This document shows positions 37,013 through 39,456 of a DNA stretch of 39,456 bases, piece after piece. Each line of letters starts with the position of its first letter. The stretch's first letter is position 1. The translations under genes and the position numbers were made by a program. The stretch comes from a virus: the UHGV virus genome UHGV-1356089; one strand, written 5' to 3'. The notes beneath the pieces are model-generated. The model was not told where the DNA came from. It made no database searches and saw nothing but the letters and a program-made list of their open reading frames with translations.

Positions 37013-38314
37013 ATGGCTACTTGGCAACAAGGAATCAACTCAGGCGGCTTTCTTGCTGGTATCGGTGGGCAAAACTCAAATGCGCCAAAGGCAAGTGATG
37101 TAAGTGAGGCGTTGGCCTATATTCGCCAGAACAACGAAATGGAGCGCTCAGGTCGCAATAACATCGGCCTTCAGGCGTTGCAGGGTCTTGGTAGTGTCGC
37201 TCAAGCATATCAAGCCGCAAAGCAACAGGAAGCGGATGCTGCATTCCAAAAAGAATATGCGGCAGCCATCCAGTCCGGCGATCGACAGCAGGTTCGAAAT
37301 CTGATGACCAAATATCCTGGTCAATTAGAGAAGATTCAGTCTGGTATGAAGTGGGCAGACGAAGACCAGCGCAATTCCATCGGTACCTTAGCGGCTGGCG
37401 CACGCCTTGCGTCATCGTCTCCAGAAGCAATGCAATCATGGCTGCAAAACAACGCCAAGGAACTGACTCGCGTCGGTGTTGACCCTAATAACGTTGCTCA
37501 GATGTATCAGCAGAATCCTTCAGGATTTGGTGAGTTTGTTGATCACCTTGGAATGGCTGCTCTTGGTCCGATTGATTACTTCAATGTTCAGGACAAGATG
37601 GCTGGTCGTGAGATTGACCGAGGCAGGCTGGCAGAGACAATCCGCAGCAATCAGGCAGGAGAAGCACTAACAGCTCGAGGTCAGGACATCCAGATACGTG
37701 GACAGAACATCAGCGCACAGAATGCTGCTCTTTCCCGAGAAATACAAAGAGCAGAATTACAAGAAAAGGCTCTGGACAGACAGATAGCCAGAGAAAGCAA
37801 TCAGTTAAAGCTTGAAGAGCTAAAACAGAAACAGGCAGATGTTCGGCAAAAGGCTGACATAGCCCGCGCTGACAGGCAGGCCGCCGCTCAGGGTGCAGTT
37901 GATACGTTCAGCACCGCGCTTGATTCTCTCAACGAGATAGAGCAAAGCCCCGGCCTTTCAAAAGCAGTAGGAATTCGCTCAGCGTTTCCGACAGTTCCTG
38001 GCTCTGATGCGGCTAACTTTGAAGCAAGGCTCGACACCTTTAAAGCTCAAACATTCCTTCCTATGGTGCAGTCCCTGAAGGGTATGGGCGCTCTTTCAGA
38101 TGCAGAGGGTAAAAAATTATCCGATGCGGTTGGTGCCCTAAGCCCCAAAATGAGTGAAAAGGCTTTTCGTGACTCTATCGGAAAGATTAGAAATCAGCTT
38201 GAAAGCAAGTTGAGCACTGTTAAAAAACAGTTTGATTATCAGGAGCCGGTGCAGAATATGCCAGGGCAACAATCTACTACTGGCAGTAACTTTTCTTCGC
38301 TATGGGGTGATTAA
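37013..38314 (+). CDS. Ejection protein, P22 gp20-like
   Basis: 433-aa ORF in the gp20 position; coiled-coil-rich. Confidence 0.55.
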   Translation: MATWQQGINSGGFLAGIGGQNSNAPKASDVSEALAYIRQNNEMERSGRNNIGLQALQGLGSVAQAYQAAKQQEADAAFQKEYAAAIQSGDRQQVRNLMTKYPGQLEKIQSGMKWADEDQRNSIGTLAAGARLASSSPEAMQSWLQNNAKELTRVGVDPNNVAQMYQQNPSGFGEFVDHLGMAALGPIDYFNVQDKMAGREIDRGRLAETIRSNQAGEALTARGQDIQIRGQNISAQNAALSREIQRAELQEKALDRQIARESNQLKLEELKQKQADVRQKADIARADRQAAAQGAVDTFSTALDSLNEIEQSPGLSKAVGIRSAFPTVPGSDAANFEARLDTFKAQTFLPMVQSLKGMGALSDAEGKKLSDAVGALSPKMSEKAFRDSIGKIRNQLESKLSTVKKQFDYQEPVQNMPGQQSTTGSNFSSLWGD

Positions 38315-39456
38315 TGGCTAAAGCATGGAAAGATGTTATCGCCTCTCCACAGTATCAGGCGTTAGCACCAGAACAAAAAGCGCAGGCTCAGGAGCAATAC
38401 TTCAATGAAGTCGTTGCCCCGCAAGCCGGAGAAAATGCAGAGCAGGCTAAGCAAGCTTTCTATGCTGCCTATCCATTGCCATCTGTGCAGCCAGTGGAGA
38501 CACAACAACCAGTATCACAGCAACAACCACAGCAAAGTGGATTTATGTCGGATCTTGGTGAAGCCGTGAAAGAAACTGGTCGCGGACTGGTGCAGGCTGG
38601 CGTGAACGTGGCAAACATACCTGCATCAGTTGCCGATGCTGTAACAAGCGCGGCGGCATGGGCTGGCGGTAAACTCGGCATTGGCGATGGTACATATCAA
38701 CCAGCGCCACGAGTAACAACGCAGGGGTTAGAGCAGGACTTTGGCCTTCAGCAAGGCGCGCTCACTCCACAAACGACAGAGGGAAGGGTATTTGCTGAAG
38801 CATTGCCTTACCTCACTCCTGCTGGCGTTGAGAGAGCGGCAGCACAGGCACCAACACTTGCTGGTCGAATTGCTCAGGGGGCAACTCGCCTTCTAGCAGA
38901 AAACGCAGTTGGATCACTTGCTGCAAATAGTGCGAAAGATGATGCGGAAGCACTCGCCACCGATTTAGGCGTTGGCGTTCTGGCTGGCGGTGCTATTAAC
39001 GCTGCCGGACGTGGATTAGGTGCTGCTTATCGTGGCGTTCGTGGTGCTATTGCGCCAGAAGCGCAGCAGGCTATCAGATTTGCAGAGCGTGAAGGAGTTC
39101 CTCTGCACACCACAGACCTGTTACAGCCTACTTCCCGCGTCGGAAAAATGGCGCAAACGACAGCAGAAAATATCCCCCTGGCTGGCACAAGCGGAATGAG
39201 AGCAACGCAACAGGAAGCGAGAAGCCAGTTGGTTCAGAGATTTGCTGATAAATTCGGTGAGTATGATCCAGCGGTTGTTATTGACAGCCTTAAAGCGAAA
39301 ACATCAGGAATTCGTCGTGCCGCCGGTAATCGACTGGAGCAGGTTCAGAATGCTATGGCGGGAATAAACATTCAGCCTGCAAGAGCAATTCAGCAGATTG
39401 ATACAGAAATATCTAACCTGCAGAAGCTTGGTAAGGTTGCTGATAACGAGACTATT
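38314..39456 (+). CDS. Ejection protein gp16-like, 5' part (no stop before the window end; continues in frame at 1..855 if circular)
   Basis: ATG at 38314 overlaps the previous stop (TAATG); frame open to the last base; 39456 is divisible by 3 and the left-edge ORF is in frame 1. Confidence 0.55.
   Translation, partial: MAKAWKDVIASPQYQALAPEQKAQAQEQYFNEVVAPQAGENAEQAKQAFYAAYPLPSVQPVETQQPVSQQQPQQSGFMSDLGEAVKETGRGLVQAGVNVANIPASVADAVTSAAAWAGGKLGIGDGTYQPAPRVTTQGLEQDFGLQQGALTPQTTEGRVFAEALPYLTPAGVERAAAQAPTLAGRIAQGATRLLAENAVGSLAANSAKDDAEALATDLGVGVLAGGAINAAGRGLGAAYRGVRGAIAPEAQQAIRFAEREGVPLHTTDLLQPTSRVGKMAQTTAENIPLAGTSGMRATQQEARSQLVQRFADKFGEYDPAVVIDSLKAKTSGIRRAAGNRLEQVQNAMAGINIQPARAIQQIDTEISNLQKLGKVADNETI

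Noticed and set aside
1-39456. CRISPR array, rRNA genes, or prophage-host junctions (attL/attR)
   Set aside because: No regularly spaced direct repeats or rRNA-like sequence seen; attP is intact with phage DNA on both sides.

Overview
The window reads as a complete, circularly permuted genome of a temperate mosaic phage: P22/Sf6-like podovirus morphogenesis genes joined to a lambda-type integration and immunity backbone. The ejection-protein ORF that is open at the right edge (38314..39456) continues in frame into the ORF open at the left edge (1..855), which is what suggests a ~39.5 kb circle opened inside that gene. Layout: ejection protein 3' part; a small accessory cluster (lipoprotein, HExxH protein, small basic protein, Mnt); tailspike; lambda-type attP/int/xis; a leftward early operon (RecT, Gp157-like, kil/cIII/ral-like genes, N-like antiterminator) with sieB on the opposite strand; the immunity region (OL, rex-position membrane protein, cI, OR, cro, nutR, cII, oop); replication (O-like with iterons, DnaB-like helicase); a nin region (NinB/D/F/H, RusA); Q-like antiterminator with pR'/tR'; an HNH-AP2 endonuclease followed by ~490 bp of non-coding DNA; a holin/SAR-endolysin/Rz/Rz1 lysis cassette; then terminase, portal, scaffold, coat, gp4/gp10/needle and ejection proteins. 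No rRNA, tRNA or CRISPR array was seen. All protein identities rest on reading the supplied translations against remembered family sequences; no database search was run. The best candidates for undescribed biology are the membrane protein coupled to cI in the rex position, the lipoprotein/HExxH cluster beside an orphan mnt, and the non-coding block between Q and the lysis genes.
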